Part shown: in pieces, positions 27,560-37,762 of the stretch | How positions within the stretch are numbered: the first letter of the stretch is position 1 | How the letters are laid out: each line of letters starts with the position of its first letter | Source: Rubripirellula sp. | GTDB taxonomy: Bacteria > Planctomycetota > Planctomycetia > Pirellulales > Pirellulaceae | Length of the DNA: 64,000 bases | Assembly: GCA_965216875.1 (NCBI GenBank) | Contig: OZ244207.1 | Coordinates: forward strand, 4,928,001-4,992,000 | Direction of reading: 5' to 3' | Translations under genes and position numbers: made by a program | Notes under the pieces: model-generated | The model's database searches: none | What the model saw: only the letters and a program-made list of their open reading frames with translations | What the model was told of the DNA's origin: nothing

Positions 27560-28816
27560 ATGTCAATCACGGCAAACATTTTGGTCTTTAGTGCGGACGC
27601 GAAGATCGCCGAAGAAGCGAACTTGGCGTTCAACGCGCTGCCTCAAACATCGGCTCGCTATCGAATCGTTGAAAACACAACGGCCTTGTTCGAAGCCCTT
27701 CGCAACCGACCTGTGTCACTGGTGCTTGCGGAGTTTCCCGAGGATCCGCGTGAGCTTCTTGAATGGGTACGACAGATTCAATCAGTCTCACCCAAAACGA
27801 AGATCGCCGCGATCTTGCCGCAAGAGGGCTTTTCCGAACAAAACAACGAATCGGCGCTGTTGATCGATGCGATGCGGTGTGGCGTTTGCGACTTCCTGAA
27901 ACGCCCCTTCTCGACAGCAGATCTGCAGCGGCTAATTCAGATCGACGCGGACAATCAAACCACCGCCGCACAGGCGGGCTCACCTGGCGCTGGCCGCGTG
28001 GTTTCGTTCATCAGCAATAAAGGAGGCGTCGGCAAATCGACCCTGGCAACGAACACGGGTGTCGCGATTGCAAGACGCGGTCAACAAAGTGTTCTGTTGA
28101 TCGACGGCTCGATTCAAATGGGCGTCGCCGCAGCGCTACTTGACCTGCAACCCGAAGCCACTCTGACCGACGTCGCGCGCGAAGTCGATCGGCTTGACCC
28201 CACGATGATTCGACAAACGGCCGCCGTCCATTCAAGCGGGCTGCACTTGATTGCCGCGCCCGCCGATGCCGTCGAAGCGATGGAAATCGACGACCTGTTG
28301 ATGGCTCGCATTTTGACAGTCGCACGGCAAACCTATGACGTCGTGATTGTCGACACCTTTCCAATGTTCGACCGCGTCGTGATCGCGGCTCTCGACCTAA
28401 GCGATCGTGTGTACGTGGTCCTCGAAAACGTCGTCCCCACTTTGCTTGGTGGCGTCAAGCTGCTTAGCGTTCTCGATCGAATCGGCTATCCGGCTGCCCG
28501 ACAATCGATCGTGCTGAACCGTCAACAACGTGTCACCGGAAGCTTGTCGGTCGATGATGTTGCCGATCGGATGGGACGCGACATTGATCATGTCTTGCCT
28601 TTTGACAAAAAGGTGGTCGCTGCTGCCAACTGTGGCGTCCCCATCGCGATGGCTCCGATCCGCCTGGGCGGGTTCAGCCGAGCGCTTGCGGGACTCGCCG
28701 ATGATGTTGCAGGCACGGTCGATTCCACGGCATCGCGCGTGGAAATGAACGAATCGAGCCTGCTTGCACCGGACGAATCGCCATTGGAAGCCACCTCGTT
28801 GGAGGACAACCAGTGA
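27560..28816 (+). CDS. cpaE: CpaE/TadZ (atypical receiver domain + MinD/ParA-like ATPase)
   Basis: Receiver-like N-terminus (DFLKRP), KGGVGKST, VVIVDT. Confidence 0.92.
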   Translation: MSITANILVFSADAKIAEEANLAFNALPQTSARYRIVENTTALFEALRNRPVSLVLAEFPEDPRELLEWVRQIQSVSPKTKIAAILPQEGFSEQNNESALLIDAMRCGVCDFLKRPFSTADLQRLIQIDADNQTTAAQAGSPGAGRVVSFISNKGGVGKSTLATNTGVAIARRGQQSVLLIDGSIQMGVAAALLDLQPEATLTDVAREVDRLDPTMIRQTAAVHSSGLHLIAAPADAVEAMEIDDLLMARILTVARQTYDVVIVDTFPMFDRVVIAALDLSDRVYVVLENVVPTLLGGVKLLSVLDRIGYPAARQSIVLNRQQRVTGSLSVDDVADRMGRDIDHVLPFDKKVVAAANCGVPIAMAPIRLGGFSRALAGLADDVAGTVDSTASRVEMNESSLLAPDESPLEATSLEDNQ

Positions 28817-30306
28817 CCGATTCGAATCGTGATCCCAAATCAACTCGCTCGGCTCGCGAACTGTTTGCACACGCAAGTTTGCGTTTGCCAGAAAACCGAG
28901 TCCGACGAGAAACGAGTCGCTCGGGAAGCAAACCGTTTTCAGACTCCTCGTCGCTTGACGCGCGACCAGGCAGCGCATCGTTTGCATCGGTCAAAACGGC
29001 GATGCACACGCAACTGCTTGAAGATCTCGACCGTCGCGATCGCATCACCGCAACCGAAGAAGAATTGACGGACCTGGTGCGTGACTTTGTTGCGGATGCT
29101 CTTGAAACTCAAGACTGGCCGCTCAACGACCTTGAACGTCGACAACTCGTTGACGATTTGATCGAAGAAACAATCGGCGTCGGTCCGCTCGCTCCACTGC
29201 TTGCCGACCCGGCCGTGACCGACATTTTGGTCAATGGCCCCTACACAGTATTCGTCGAACGGTTCGGACAACTCGAAGAAACCGATGTGCGTTTTCGGGA
29301 TGACGAACACCTTGTGCGCATCATTGGCCGCATCGCCGCTCGCGTCGGTCGCCGAGTCGATGAAAGCTCGCCGATGGTCGACGCTCGATTGCCCGATGGC
29401 AGCCGCGTCAACGCCACGCTTCCGCCGGTCACAATTGATGGGCCAACACTTTCGATTCGGCGTTTTGGTCGACGGCGATTGCGCTGCGATGACCTGATGC
29501 GATTGGGAATGTTCTCGCCTGCCATGCACACGTTCTTGCAGCTCGCCATTCGCGGCCGCGTGAACATGATCGTATCGGGCGGAACGGGCTCCGGAAAATC
29601 GACTCTCTTGGGCGCCATCGCGGAAGCCATCTCGGATAGCGAACGGATCATCACGATCGAAGACGCTGCCGAATTGCAACTCGACCAGCGTCATGTCGTA
29701 CGAATGGAAACGCGTCCCCCCAACATCGAAGGGCAAGGGCAAATCGTTGCGCGCGACCTCGTCGTCAACGCGCTTCGGATGCGACCGGACCGGATCATCG
29801 TGGGTGAAGTTCGCGCCGCCGAAGCACTCGACATGATGCAAGCGATGAACACTGGACATGACGGGTCGCTGACGACGATTCATGCCAACAGCCCTCGCGA
29901 TGCGGTCTCGCGACTCGAAACCATGGTGCTGATGGCTGGGCTGGAACTTCCCAGCCGCGCGATTCGCGAACAAGCTGTTTCGGCGATCGACATCATTGTG
30001 CAAGTTCGCCGCTACGAAGATGGCGTTCGACGCGTCCAATCGGTCTCGGAACTCGTCGGCATGGAAGGCGACACTCCGCAACTTCAAGAGATCTTTCGCT
30101 TTGTCTCGACGGGCAAGACCAAGCGACGTATCTCTGGTGAATACGTGGCAACGGGCGTGGTCCCGCGAATCGCTACACGGCTGCGTGAAAACCATGTCGA
30201 TGTGCCCATGGAATTGTTCCAGTCCGGTCCACGGTCCTTAGCTGGCACAGGTTTCGACCCAGACGATCGAGGCGTCGATGATTCGGAGCGCGACGTTCGA
30301 TGGTGA
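28813..30306 (+). CDS. cpaF: CpaF/TadA pilus ATPase
   Basis: [48 protein letters not shown]. Confidence 0.97.
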   Translation: MTDSNRDPKSTRSARELFAHASLRLPENRVRRETSRSGSKPFSDSSSLDARPGSASFASVKTAMHTQLLEDLDRRDRITATEEELTDLVRDFVADALETQDWPLNDLERRQLVDDLIEETIGVGPLAPLLADPAVTDILVNGPYTVFVERFGQLEETDVRFRDDEHLVRIIGRIAARVGRRVDESSPMVDARLPDGSRVNATLPPVTIDGPTLSIRRFGRRRLRCDDLMRLGMFSPAMHTFLQLAIRGRVNMIVSGGTGSGKSTLLGAIAEAISDSERIITIEDAAELQLDQRHVVRMETRPPNIEGQGQIVARDLVVNALRMRPDRIIVGEVRAAEALDMMQAMNTGHDGSLTTIHANSPRDAVSRLETMVLMAGLELPSRAIREQAVSAIDIIVQVRRYEDGVRRVQSVSELVGMEGDTPQLQEIFRFVSTGKTKRRISGEYVATGVVPRIATRLRENHVDVPMELFQSGPRSLAGTGFDPDDRGVDDSERDVRW

Positions 30307-31190
30307 TCCTAAGTGTGATCGCACTCTGGTCTGTCATCGGATTGGTTGCGATCGGAACCTACCGACTGCACGTCAGTCGCCAACAAACGCTCGATCGATT
30401 CGTCGAAGCGACAGAGAGTTGGGCCGGCGGCGCTGGCACAAACGCGACCGCAAGAGAAGAGGAAGCGCCAACAGCATATTCCGCGCGTCGGCTATCTCGG
30501 CCCTGGATCTGGGCCCCTTGGGCAATCGGCGTCGGCATCGGTGTTTCCGCGTGGTGGATCTTTGGCTGGCCAGGCCAATACGTCTTGGCCATCGGCGCGG
30601 TCGTATCACTTCTGCTTAGCCAGGTTGAAGGTTTCTTATACATCCGTCACATCGCCAAACTCGAACGGCAGCTCGCCGACGCAATCGATATCATGGTCGG
30701 CGCGGTCAGTGCGGGTGCGGCTGTAGGACCAGCGATCGATTCAGCAACCGTTGAAACCGACAAACCTCTGAAACCTTACCTGCAAGAACTCTCGGGTAGG
30801 ATCCGCTTAGGCGATGACCCGATTGCTGTCTTCCGTTCGCTTGCCGATCGCGTCCCACTCGAAACGTTCATGCTCTTTTCGGCGTCGATGTCCGTTCACT
30901 ATGAAGTGGGCGGACGCTTGGCGCCAACGCTCGCCACGGTCGGGCGCACAATTCGCGACCGAATTGAAATCGCAAGACGCATCCAATCGAACATCGCGCA
31001 GTCACAATTCAGCACCATTGCCATCTTGGGTTTGATCTATCTGATCGCCGTGATCGTCTGGCGCAACGGCCCCGAGCCGATGGAGGATTTTGTGACGTCG
31101 ACGGTCGGTAGCTGGGCTGTTGCCGGATCGATCGTGTTTCAAGCGGTAGGAATCGTTTGGATGAACCTCATTTCGAAACCAAAGTTCTAG
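30300..31190 (+). CDS. tadB: TadB inner-membrane platform protein (T2SS F family)
   Basis: QLADAIDIMVGAVSAG, GGRLAPTL, TM pattern, position after cpaF. Confidence 0.9.
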   Translation: MVILSVIALWSVIGLVAIGTYRLHVSRQQTLDRFVEATESWAGGAGTNATAREEEAPTAYSARRLSRPWIWAPWAIGVGIGVSAWWIFGWPGQYVLAIGAVVSLLLSQVEGFLYIRHIAKLERQLADAIDIMVGAVSAGAAVGPAIDSATVETDKPLKPYLQELSGRIRLGDDPIAVFRSLADRVPLETFMLFSASMSVHYEVGGRLAPTLATVGRTIRDRIEIARRIQSNIAQSQFSTIAILGLIYLIAVIVWRNGPEPMEDFVTSTVGSWAVAGSIVFQAVGIVWMNLISKPKF

Positions 31191-31205
31191 ATCGGATCCG
31201 TTTCG

Positions 31206-32129
31206 GTGACACTCCTGACCCAGTTATTGCTATTCGCCGCAGTGATGATCACGCTGCTGTGCCTTGCGGCATGGGCGGTGATTCATTTACTGGGGCAACA
31301 ACGCACTTTGGACCGTTGGTTTCGCGACCACGACTCAAATCCGTCCGACAACGGAAACGAATCACCTCGTGGCTGGATCGGCAGATGGCTTTTTCTAGCT
31401 GGATACCGAACACAAATAGCACCGATCGTCTTCGTGATCACAACGATCGCGTGCATTGTCATCGGCATCGGATCGGCATCGCTTTTTGTCGCCTCAGGAC
31501 TGCAATCGGTGATGGAAGAGACCGTCGTGCTCGTACCAGGTGGTGTGGGCGAGACCTTCTTGCCCGTCGTCTGGGTCGCGCCTTGGATCATCGCCATCTT
31601 GCTGATTTGCTTGCCGCTGACGATCGTGCGTTCAGCGCGACGTCGACGCGTCGCAATGATCGAACAAGACCTGCCGCTGGCGATGGAATTGATGGCGACC
31701 TTGAGCGAAGCGGGACTCAGTTTCGATTCGGCTTTGCTGCGGGTTTTGAAAACGCGTTTGTCAGGCCGACCACTGGCTGACGAACTTCAGATCTATCAGG
31801 CCGATCTGCTTTCGGGCAGACCACGAATTGAATCCCTTCGCCGCTTGAGTAGTCGCATTCGCGTCGGCTCCGTATCGATTCTTGTCTCAGCGCTCGTGCA
31901 AGCGGAACAAATGGGGATGGGTATCTCTCGTGTCTTGCGAACACAAGCCGATGATATTCGTGCCCGCCGAAGAGAAAAGGCGATCGCGTTTGCCAACTCG
32001 CTGCCAGTGAAGCGTCTCTTCCCGTTGGTGATTTGCTTTTTGCCAGGGCTCTTCATTTGGACACTCGGTCCAGCATTTATTCAGCTCTTCAAATTGACCG
32101 AAACCTTCACTCGTGGCGGCGGGCTTTGA
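31206..32129 (+). CDS. tadC: TadC inner-membrane platform protein
   Basis: LPLAMELMATLSEAGLSFD, LVQAEQMG, VKRLFPLVICFLP. Confidence 0.92.
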   Translation: MTLLTQLLLFAAVMITLLCLAAWAVIHLLGQQRTLDRWFRDHDSNPSDNGNESPRGWIGRWLFLAGYRTQIAPIVFVITTIACIVIGIGSASLFVASGLQSVMEETVVLVPGGVGETFLPVVWVAPWIIAILLICLPLTIVRSARRRRVAMIEQDLPLAMELMATLSEAGLSFDSALLRVLKTRLSGRPLADELQIYQADLLSGRPRIESLRRLSSRIRVGSVSILVSALVQAEQMGMGISRVLRTQADDIRARRREKAIAFANSLPVKRLFPLVICFLPGLFIWTLGPAFIQLFKLTETFTRGGGL

Positions 32130-32476
32130 TGGCATCTCTCATCGATGAGGAAACGGGGCAAGTCCTTTGGAACGACTTGCTGCTTGCTGATAACTTTGCC
32201 CGTCGCGCGGTTGGATTGCTGGGCAAGAAGTCGCTGGAGTCTGATCAAGCGATCCTGATCCGGCCCTGCAGTTCCATCCATACGATCGGAATGCGAATGA
32301 CGATCGGCGTCGCGTTCTGTGACGCCGATGGCAACGTCTTGCGAGTCACACCCGCGGTTCGCCCATGGCGCCTTCAATTTGGACCACGAGGCTCGAAATT
32401 CGTCATCGAGTGGTCTTCCGACCACTCGCCCATGATCGATGTCGGCCAGCGTGTACGAGTCGTCAATCGTCCCTAG
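32129..32476 (+). CDS. DUF192 family protein
   Basis: ADNFARRAVGLLG, PCSSIHTIGM, FVIE. TGATG coupling to tadC. Confidence 0.88.
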   Translation: MASLIDEETGQVLWNDLLLADNFARRAVGLLGKKSLESDQAILIRPCSSIHTIGMRMTIGVAFCDADGNVLRVTPAVRPWRLQFGPRGSKFVIEWSSDHSPMIDVGQRVRVVNRP

Positions 32477-32480
32477 CCAA

Positions 32481-32592
32481 GTTCGTAGTACCGGCTTCAG
32501 CCGGAATCGTGCACAAGAGAACAGACAGACTTCCGCCTGAAGGCGGGACTACAAACGACAGCGACCAAATCAGTTCGTAGTACCGCCGGAAA
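32481..32592. repeat. GTAG-type REPIN unit plus truncated left arm, upstream of RAYT
   Basis: GTTCGTAGTACCGGCTTCAGCCGGAA...TTCCGCCTGAAGGCGGGACTAC. The next unit starts 92 bp later at 32573. Confidence 0.92.
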
Positions 32593-32676
32593 TTCATTTG
32601 ATGTTATTGACACTGAGGTATCGCGTGAGTCCACTGCGCATTCATTGGCGTACAAACGATGAGGGGCAGCCGCATT

Positions 32677-33273
32677 ATGTACGAATACCGCAAGTGGACC
32701 GAAGAACAACAGTCAAACGCGTTACTTGAGCGTGTCGCTCATGGACTTCCGCAGCACAGCCCGCCTCACGTCCCACAACCCCATGCGTTTCGCCTCATTA
32801 CCGGCGTTTGTTTTGAACACAAACCCATTCTCCGCTCAGCGCAGAGAATGAACTGGTTCGAGCAAGAACTGCTTCAACATCTCCGTCAGCAGTCTCTCGA
32901 CGTCTCAGCATGGGTTGTTCTTCCAAATCACTACCACGTGCTCGTAAAGATCCCGGACATCGAGTTGTTCGCGAAATCGCAGGGCCGGCTTCATGGTCGA
33001 ACATCATTCTTAATCAACAAGGAAGACTGCAAACAGGGTCGCCAGGTTTGGTTTCGGTTCTCTGACCGCGTGATGCGCAGCGAGAGGCACTATTTCACTA
33101 CGCTGAACTACATTCACAACAATCCTGTCAAACACTGTTACGTCGACAAATGGGGTGAGTGGGCGTTTTCGAGCTATCACTGGTATTTGCAAGAGAGGGG
33201 CAGGGCCTGGTTGGTTGATCTTTGGCGTGAATTTCCAGTTCTCAACTACGGCGATACCTGGGACTCCTTGTAG
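32677..33273 (+). mobile_element. REP-associated tyrosine transposase (RAYT, Y1 HUH family)
   Basis: AWVVLPNHYHVL (HUH), VW..DRVMRSE, YIHNNPVK (catalytic Tyr). Flanked by REPs. Confidence 0.93.
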
Positions 33274-33278
33274 CCCTT

Positions 33279-33592
33279 GACAGACTTCCGCCTAAAGGCG
33301 GGATTACGAACGGCGGCAGCCAAATCAGTTCGTAGTACCGGCTTTAGCCGGAATCGAGCGCAACAGAACAGACAGACTTCCGCCTGAAGGCGGGATTACG
33401 AACGGCGGCGGCCAAATCAGTTCGTAGTACCGGCTTTAGCCGGAATCGAGCGCAACAGAACAGACAGACTTCCGCCTGAAGGCGGGACTACAAACGGCGG
33501 CGACCAAATCAGTTCGTAGTACCGGCTTCAGCCGGAATCGAACGCAACAGAACAGACAGACTTCCGCCTAAAGGCGGGACTACAAACGGCGG
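33279..33592. repeat. Tandem array of 92-bp REPIN units (3.5 copies)
   Basis: Unit starts at 33328, 33420 and 33512, plus a right-half copy at 33279. Each unit has two inverted GTAG/GTAA-hairpin arms. Confidence 0.95.
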
Positions 33593-33755
33593 TCAGACTT
33601 CTGGGCTGGGAAAATGTAGCGATTGCGGGCTAAAGTCGGAGCTAAATCGTGCCGATTACAACGGTTGTTCCATGGTCGGACCAATTCCGGTTGATGGTGC
33701 GCCGTTCGGGCAGGCCGCAGCGGGATTCCACAATCATCCGCTCACACGATTGCTC

Positions 33756-35663
33756 ATGATGTCACCCGTACATCAATTCATTCGACTCACCGCTATGCGA
33801 TGCGCCGCGGTGATGCTTGGATTGCTGCCACTCGTAGCGATTGCCCAAGATCGCAGTCGCCTCCCTGAAATCTCAGGGGGTGGCCAACAACCAAACGCAA
33901 GTGCGCCCGCCTCCCGTCTCCAAGCCGGCTTTCCTCGCGAGTTGATCTTGCCGGAACCAAGCCAGGAGGCGAAGGACCGCGCAAGCAGGTTCGTTCCTAC
34001 CACAATCGACCCGGAATTGCCGCTTCGATTGGTGGTGGGCCGTCCCAAAGTGCTGCAACTCGCCGACACGCCAAAGCGGATCTACACCCCCACTGACTCG
34101 ATCATTCGCACCGAAGTGATTGACGAACAAAGTGGCAAAGAGATCGCCGTTACGGGCCTGGAAACGGGAGCGACAACGCTGATTCTTTGGTTCGATGACC
34201 CTACTGCTGATGGTGGACAGGTCTCGATCGCGTACGAAGTCCAAGTGTTTGCTGACCCACTTTACGCTCGTCCAGTCGAAGACATTCAAGGCGAACTGAA
34301 TCAGAAATTCCCCAACAGCTACATCGAACTTGATGAGATCGCCAACCGCTTGATCATTCGGGGTCAGGTGCCCGACGTGATCGAGATGTCGCAAATCCTC
34401 AATGTGTTGCTGGGCACACGCAACAATCGCCGCGGTAATCGTCAAGGACCGCCCGAGCAATCGATCAACATTGACAATGCGAGCCGGTTTGAACGCACAG
34501 GGGCTCGCCTCGACGCCGAGCGTGATAACGAATTCGCAAATCGCCTGATTGACCCGCAAGCGCTCGCTGCCGCCGGCATCATCAATCAACTCAAGGTCGT
34601 TGGCGAACAACAGGTCATGTTGAAAGTGACTGTCGCAGAGGTCAACCGCAGTGCAGCTCGCAGCATTGGTTTGAACTTTGGTGTTGAGAATAGCGCTGGC
34701 GACACCGTCTTTCAAACGCTAACTGGCAATTTGATCCAGAACCTTGGCAACAACAATGCCGGCCAAACCGGTGCCAACATCCTTGCATCGTTTGACATGG
34801 GGCAAGTTCAGTTGGCAATCGAGGCGTTGCGTCAACTGAATCTCTCGCGCACACTCGCAGAGCCAAACCTTGTCACCATGAATGGCGAACCGGCCGACTT
34901 CCAGGCTGGCGGGCAATTCCCAATTCCTGTGATCAGCAGCGGTGGCGTTGGCAACAACCTGCAAGGCGTTTCTTTCGTCCCATTCGGCGTCCAGCTTCAA
35001 TTTACCCCGTTCATCCAAGAACGTGACGTGATTCGGTTGCAGATGAATGCGGAAGTAAGTACACGCGACGAATCGCTCGGCACCAGTATTGGTGGCGGCG
35101 GTGGCGGAACACAGGTATCTGGCCTTAACAGTCGCAACTTTTCAACCACCGTCCAACTTCGTAGCGGACAAACGGTGGCCGTCGCAGGCCTGCTGCAAAC
35201 CAACTACGGTGCAAGTACGGAACGCGTCCCCTTTTGGGGCGATCTTCCGATCATCGGTGCGACCGGTGGGGTTAATCGCTCAAGTAGCGGCGAACAGGAA
35301 CTCGTCATCTTGGTAACGCCGCACTTGGTAGCGCCCGTTGATGCTTGCCAGGGACCGGCGATTCCCGGCGGCGACCTCTACGAGCCAACGGACATCGAAT
35401 TCTACATCTCGAACCGATTAGAAAGCCGACGCTCAAAAGACTATCGCGCATCCGTTCGCACGGACTACGGACGCCAATCACGCGCCGAACATTGCTGCCC
35501 TGAACGATTCTTGATCGGTGACATCGGCCCCACCGATCGTTGCTGCCCGCGACCGTTCTCAGCACCTCACCAAGCCGTCCCCCAAACTCGTCCAAACACG
35601 AGTGCTGGCGGAGCAACCCATCAGCAGTTGAGCGACTACATCGAGGGCCATACTGGTGAATAA
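33756..35663 (+). CDS. cpaC: CpaC/RcpA secretin
   Basis: QQVMLKVTVAEVNRS, LAEPNL, AGGQFPIP, FGVQLQFTP, VPFWGDLPIIG, ELVILVTP; start uncertain. Confidence 0.95.
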   Translation: MMSPVHQFIRLTAMRCAAVMLGLLPLVAIAQDRSRLPEISGGGQQPNASAPASRLQAGFPRELILPEPSQEAKDRASRFVPTTIDPELPLRLVVGRPKVLQLADTPKRIYTPTDSIIRTEVIDEQSGKEIAVTGLETGATTLILWFDDPTADGGQVSIAYEVQVFADPLYARPVEDIQGELNQKFPNSYIELDEIANRLIIRGQVPDVIEMSQILNVLLGTRNNRRGNRQGPPEQSINIDNASRFERTGARLDAERDNEFANRLIDPQALAAAGIINQLKVVGEQQVMLKVTVAEVNRSAARSIGLNFGVENSAGDTVFQTLTGNLIQNLGNNNAGQTGANILASFDMGQVQLAIEALRQLNLSRTLAEPNLVTMNGEPADFQAGGQFPIPVISSGGVGNNLQGVSFVPFGVQLQFTPFIQERDVIRLQMNAEVSTRDESLGTSIGGGGGGTQVSGLNSRNFSTTVQLRSGQTVAVAGLLQTNYGASTERVPFWGDLPIIGATGGVNRSSSGEQELVILVTPHLVAPVDACQGPAIPGGDLYEPTDIEFYISNRLESRRSKDYRASVRTDYGRQSRAEHCCPERFLIGDIGPTDRCCPRPFSAPHQAVPQTRPNTSAGGATHQQLSDYIEGHTGE

Positions 35664-36219
35664 ACGAATTCAACAAACACACTTTGCGGTCGCGATTGCC
35701 ACCGTCCTTTCCATCGCGGGTTGTTCACATCACAAAGGCGTGCTCAACGTCGACGCATGTGCGGACATCCCTTGTGGAGCCATTCCGGAGCCGCCTGGTT
35801 CAAAGATCTGCGCATGGGAAACGATCCAGGCAACCCAGGCTGCAGCCGATCAATCAGTCCTTTACATCTCAGATTTCGTCGGCACAACGACACAGTTATC
35901 ACCTGCCGCGACCCAGCGAATCGGGCGGCTTGTTCAAGCCGGTGCGGCCGAAAATTTGCCATGGGTCATCGAGTCCTCGGACGACTCGGATCTTGATGCA
36001 ACACGCGCCAATGCGTTAGTCGAAGCACTTGCCGAACTCGGTGTGGCGCCCATCGATGTAACCATCGGAACGCCGGCGGCTCTTGGACTGCGAGGCCCGC
36101 AAGCCGAGCGAATCGCTGGCAACGCTGGCAGAAACCGAAACTCGATCTCCAATTCACGAGCACGTACCGGCGGTCGCAATGGCGGTTTTGGCTTCGGTGG
36201 ATTTGGGAGGGGATTCTAG
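35656..36219 (+). CDS. Lipoprotein associated with the secretin (CpaD-like position)
   Basis: Lipobox SIAG-C, overlaps the secretin stop, Gly-rich tail. Confidence 0.75.
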   Translation: MNKRIQQTHFAVAIATVLSIAGCSHHKGVLNVDACADIPCGAIPEPPGSKICAWETIQATQAAADQSVLYISDFVGTTTQLSPAATQRIGRLVQAGAAENLPWVIESSDDSDLDATRANALVEALAELGVAPIDVTIGTPAALGLRGPQAERIAGNAGRNRNSISNSRARTGGRNGGFGFGGFGRGF

Positions 36220-36962
36220 TGAGCATGCAAATGACTCTTGCGAAGACGCTCACACTGGCTGGCTGTCTTTGCGTATCGGTCGGAGTCGGATGTCGGAGCA
36301 TCGACAATCCCGTGCGTCCATCGTCATTGCTTTCGCTTGACGCCAAGTCGCCAAGTAATGCACCGCCACTGGACAATCGTTACAACGAACGTCTCGTCTG
36401 TATCAAGACAGCGAAAACGGTCGCCGAAAAAGGTTATTCCGGCGAAGCGATCCAACTCTACGAGAAGGCTGAAAAGCTCGACGCAAGCGAACCGGCACTC
36501 GATCTTGAGTTGGCGCCCCTTTATGCGGAATCTGGCCAATCGGAAAAAGCGATCGCTCGCTACCGCAAGGTGATTGCCGCTGGTAACGCTGCGGCCGATG
36601 TCTACAACAACCTTGCCTGGACACTTCTCGAGAACGGCTTGCACAACGATGCTCTGCAAACATGCCAGCAAGGTTTGGCTCGCTGGGCTGACGACAAGCG
36701 TCTGCAGACGACTAACGCAGTGACTCATTATCACCTTGGCAACCGAGATCAGTCACTCGAAGCCTTCACGAGTCTCTACGGCACTTCCGCAGCGCATCAC
36801 AACCTCGCCATCCTCGACACCGACGCAGGTAACCTTGACATGGCTCTTCGGCATGCCGTCGCCGCTGCGGAGCTTCCCAATTGCGCCACCGAATCGATTG
36901 AGCTTCGCGACTCGCTTCGAACTCAGATCGCTTCGATCCAATCGCAAACGCTCAAACGCTAG
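36219..36962 (+). CDS. TPR lipoprotein (TadD/pilotin-like)
   Basis: Lipobox GVG-C, TPR motifs (AIARYRKV, VYNNLAW, AHHNLA). Confidence 0.85.
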   Translation: MSMQMTLAKTLTLAGCLCVSVGVGCRSIDNPVRPSSLLSLDAKSPSNAPPLDNRYNERLVCIKTAKTVAEKGYSGEAIQLYEKAEKLDASEPALDLELAPLYAESGQSEKAIARYRKVIAAGNAAADVYNNLAWTLLENGLHNDALQTCQQGLARWADDKRLQTTNAVTHYHLGNRDQSLEAFTSLYGTSAAHHNLAILDTDAGNLDMALRHAVAAAELPNCATESIELRDSLRTQIASIQSQTLKR

Positions 36963-37018
36963 CCCACCGAGTCGACGAAAACCGCCTACAATGATCGCTT
37001 TCAAAGCGACTGGGTGGC

Positions 37019-37741
37019 GTGTTGGACCGACTCAAGACAATCGTCGAGCAACCTGAAACGAAGTGGGGACGTGCGTTCGCACTCTCGATTCAGTTTCTGA
37101 TCGTCCTTTCGCTCATCACGTTTTCGCTCGAAACACTTCCTGACCTTTCGCCCAAAGTGCGTCTGCTGCTTCGAACAGTGGAAGTGGTCACGGTTGTCAT
37201 TTTCACGGTCGAATACCTGTTGCGACTTTGGGTTGCCGATCATCGGCTGCGTTTTGCCACCAGTTTCTTTGGCATCATCGATCTGTTGGCAATTGCTCCG
37301 TTCTACCTCTCGCTTGGTGTCGACCTCCGCACGGTACGAGCGTTTCGACTGCTACGTCTCTTTCGCATCTTCAAACTCGCTCGTTACAGCCGGGCGGCTC
37401 GACGTTTTCATCGAGCACTGGTGATCGCGAGGGAAGAACTCATCTTGTTCGGGTTTGTCGCGTTGATCGTGGTCTATTTGGCGGCGGTAGGAATCTATTA
37501 CTTCGAACGCGACGCTCAACCTGACAAGTTTGCGTCGGTGATCCACAGTTTGTGGTGGGCTATGGTGACGCTCACAACGGTTGGCTATGGAGATGTTTAT
37601 CCCATCACCGCCGGCGGCAGGTTTTTCACGTTCATCGTGCTGATCGCGGGACTCGGAATCGTGTCCGTCCCCGCAGGACTGCTCGCCTCGGCACTCTCGA
37701 AAGCGCGAGAGTTGGACATGCAAGAGAATGAAGACGCCTAG
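37019..37741 (+). CDS. Voltage-gated-type potassium channel (Ion_trans)
   Basis: S4 RAFRLLRLFRIFK, pore WWAMVTLTTVGYGD. Confidence 0.95.
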   Translation: MLDRLKTIVEQPETKWGRAFALSIQFLIVLSLITFSLETLPDLSPKVRLLLRTVEVVTVVIFTVEYLLRLWVADHRLRFATSFFGIIDLLAIAPFYLSLGVDLRTVRAFRLLRLFRIFKLARYSRAARRFHRALVIAREELILFGFVALIVVYLAAVGIYYFERDAQPDKFASVIHSLWWAMVTLTTVGYGDVYPITAGGRFFTFIVLIAGLGIVSVPAGLLASALSKARELDMQENEDA

Positions 37742-37762
37742 CAGAACGCGCTGCGTCGACAA

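Noticed and set aside
28939..30195. 418-aa minus-strand ORF (and similar long antisense ORFs at 3037, 4206, 19441, 33873)
   Set aside because: Shadows of well-supported genes on the opposite strand, expected in GC-rich DNA, with no recognisable motifs.
33279..33592. Possible CRISPR array
   Set aside because: Whole 92-bp units are near-identical with no unique spacers, there are no cas genes, and the adjacent RAYT and GTAG hairpins identify them as REPINs.
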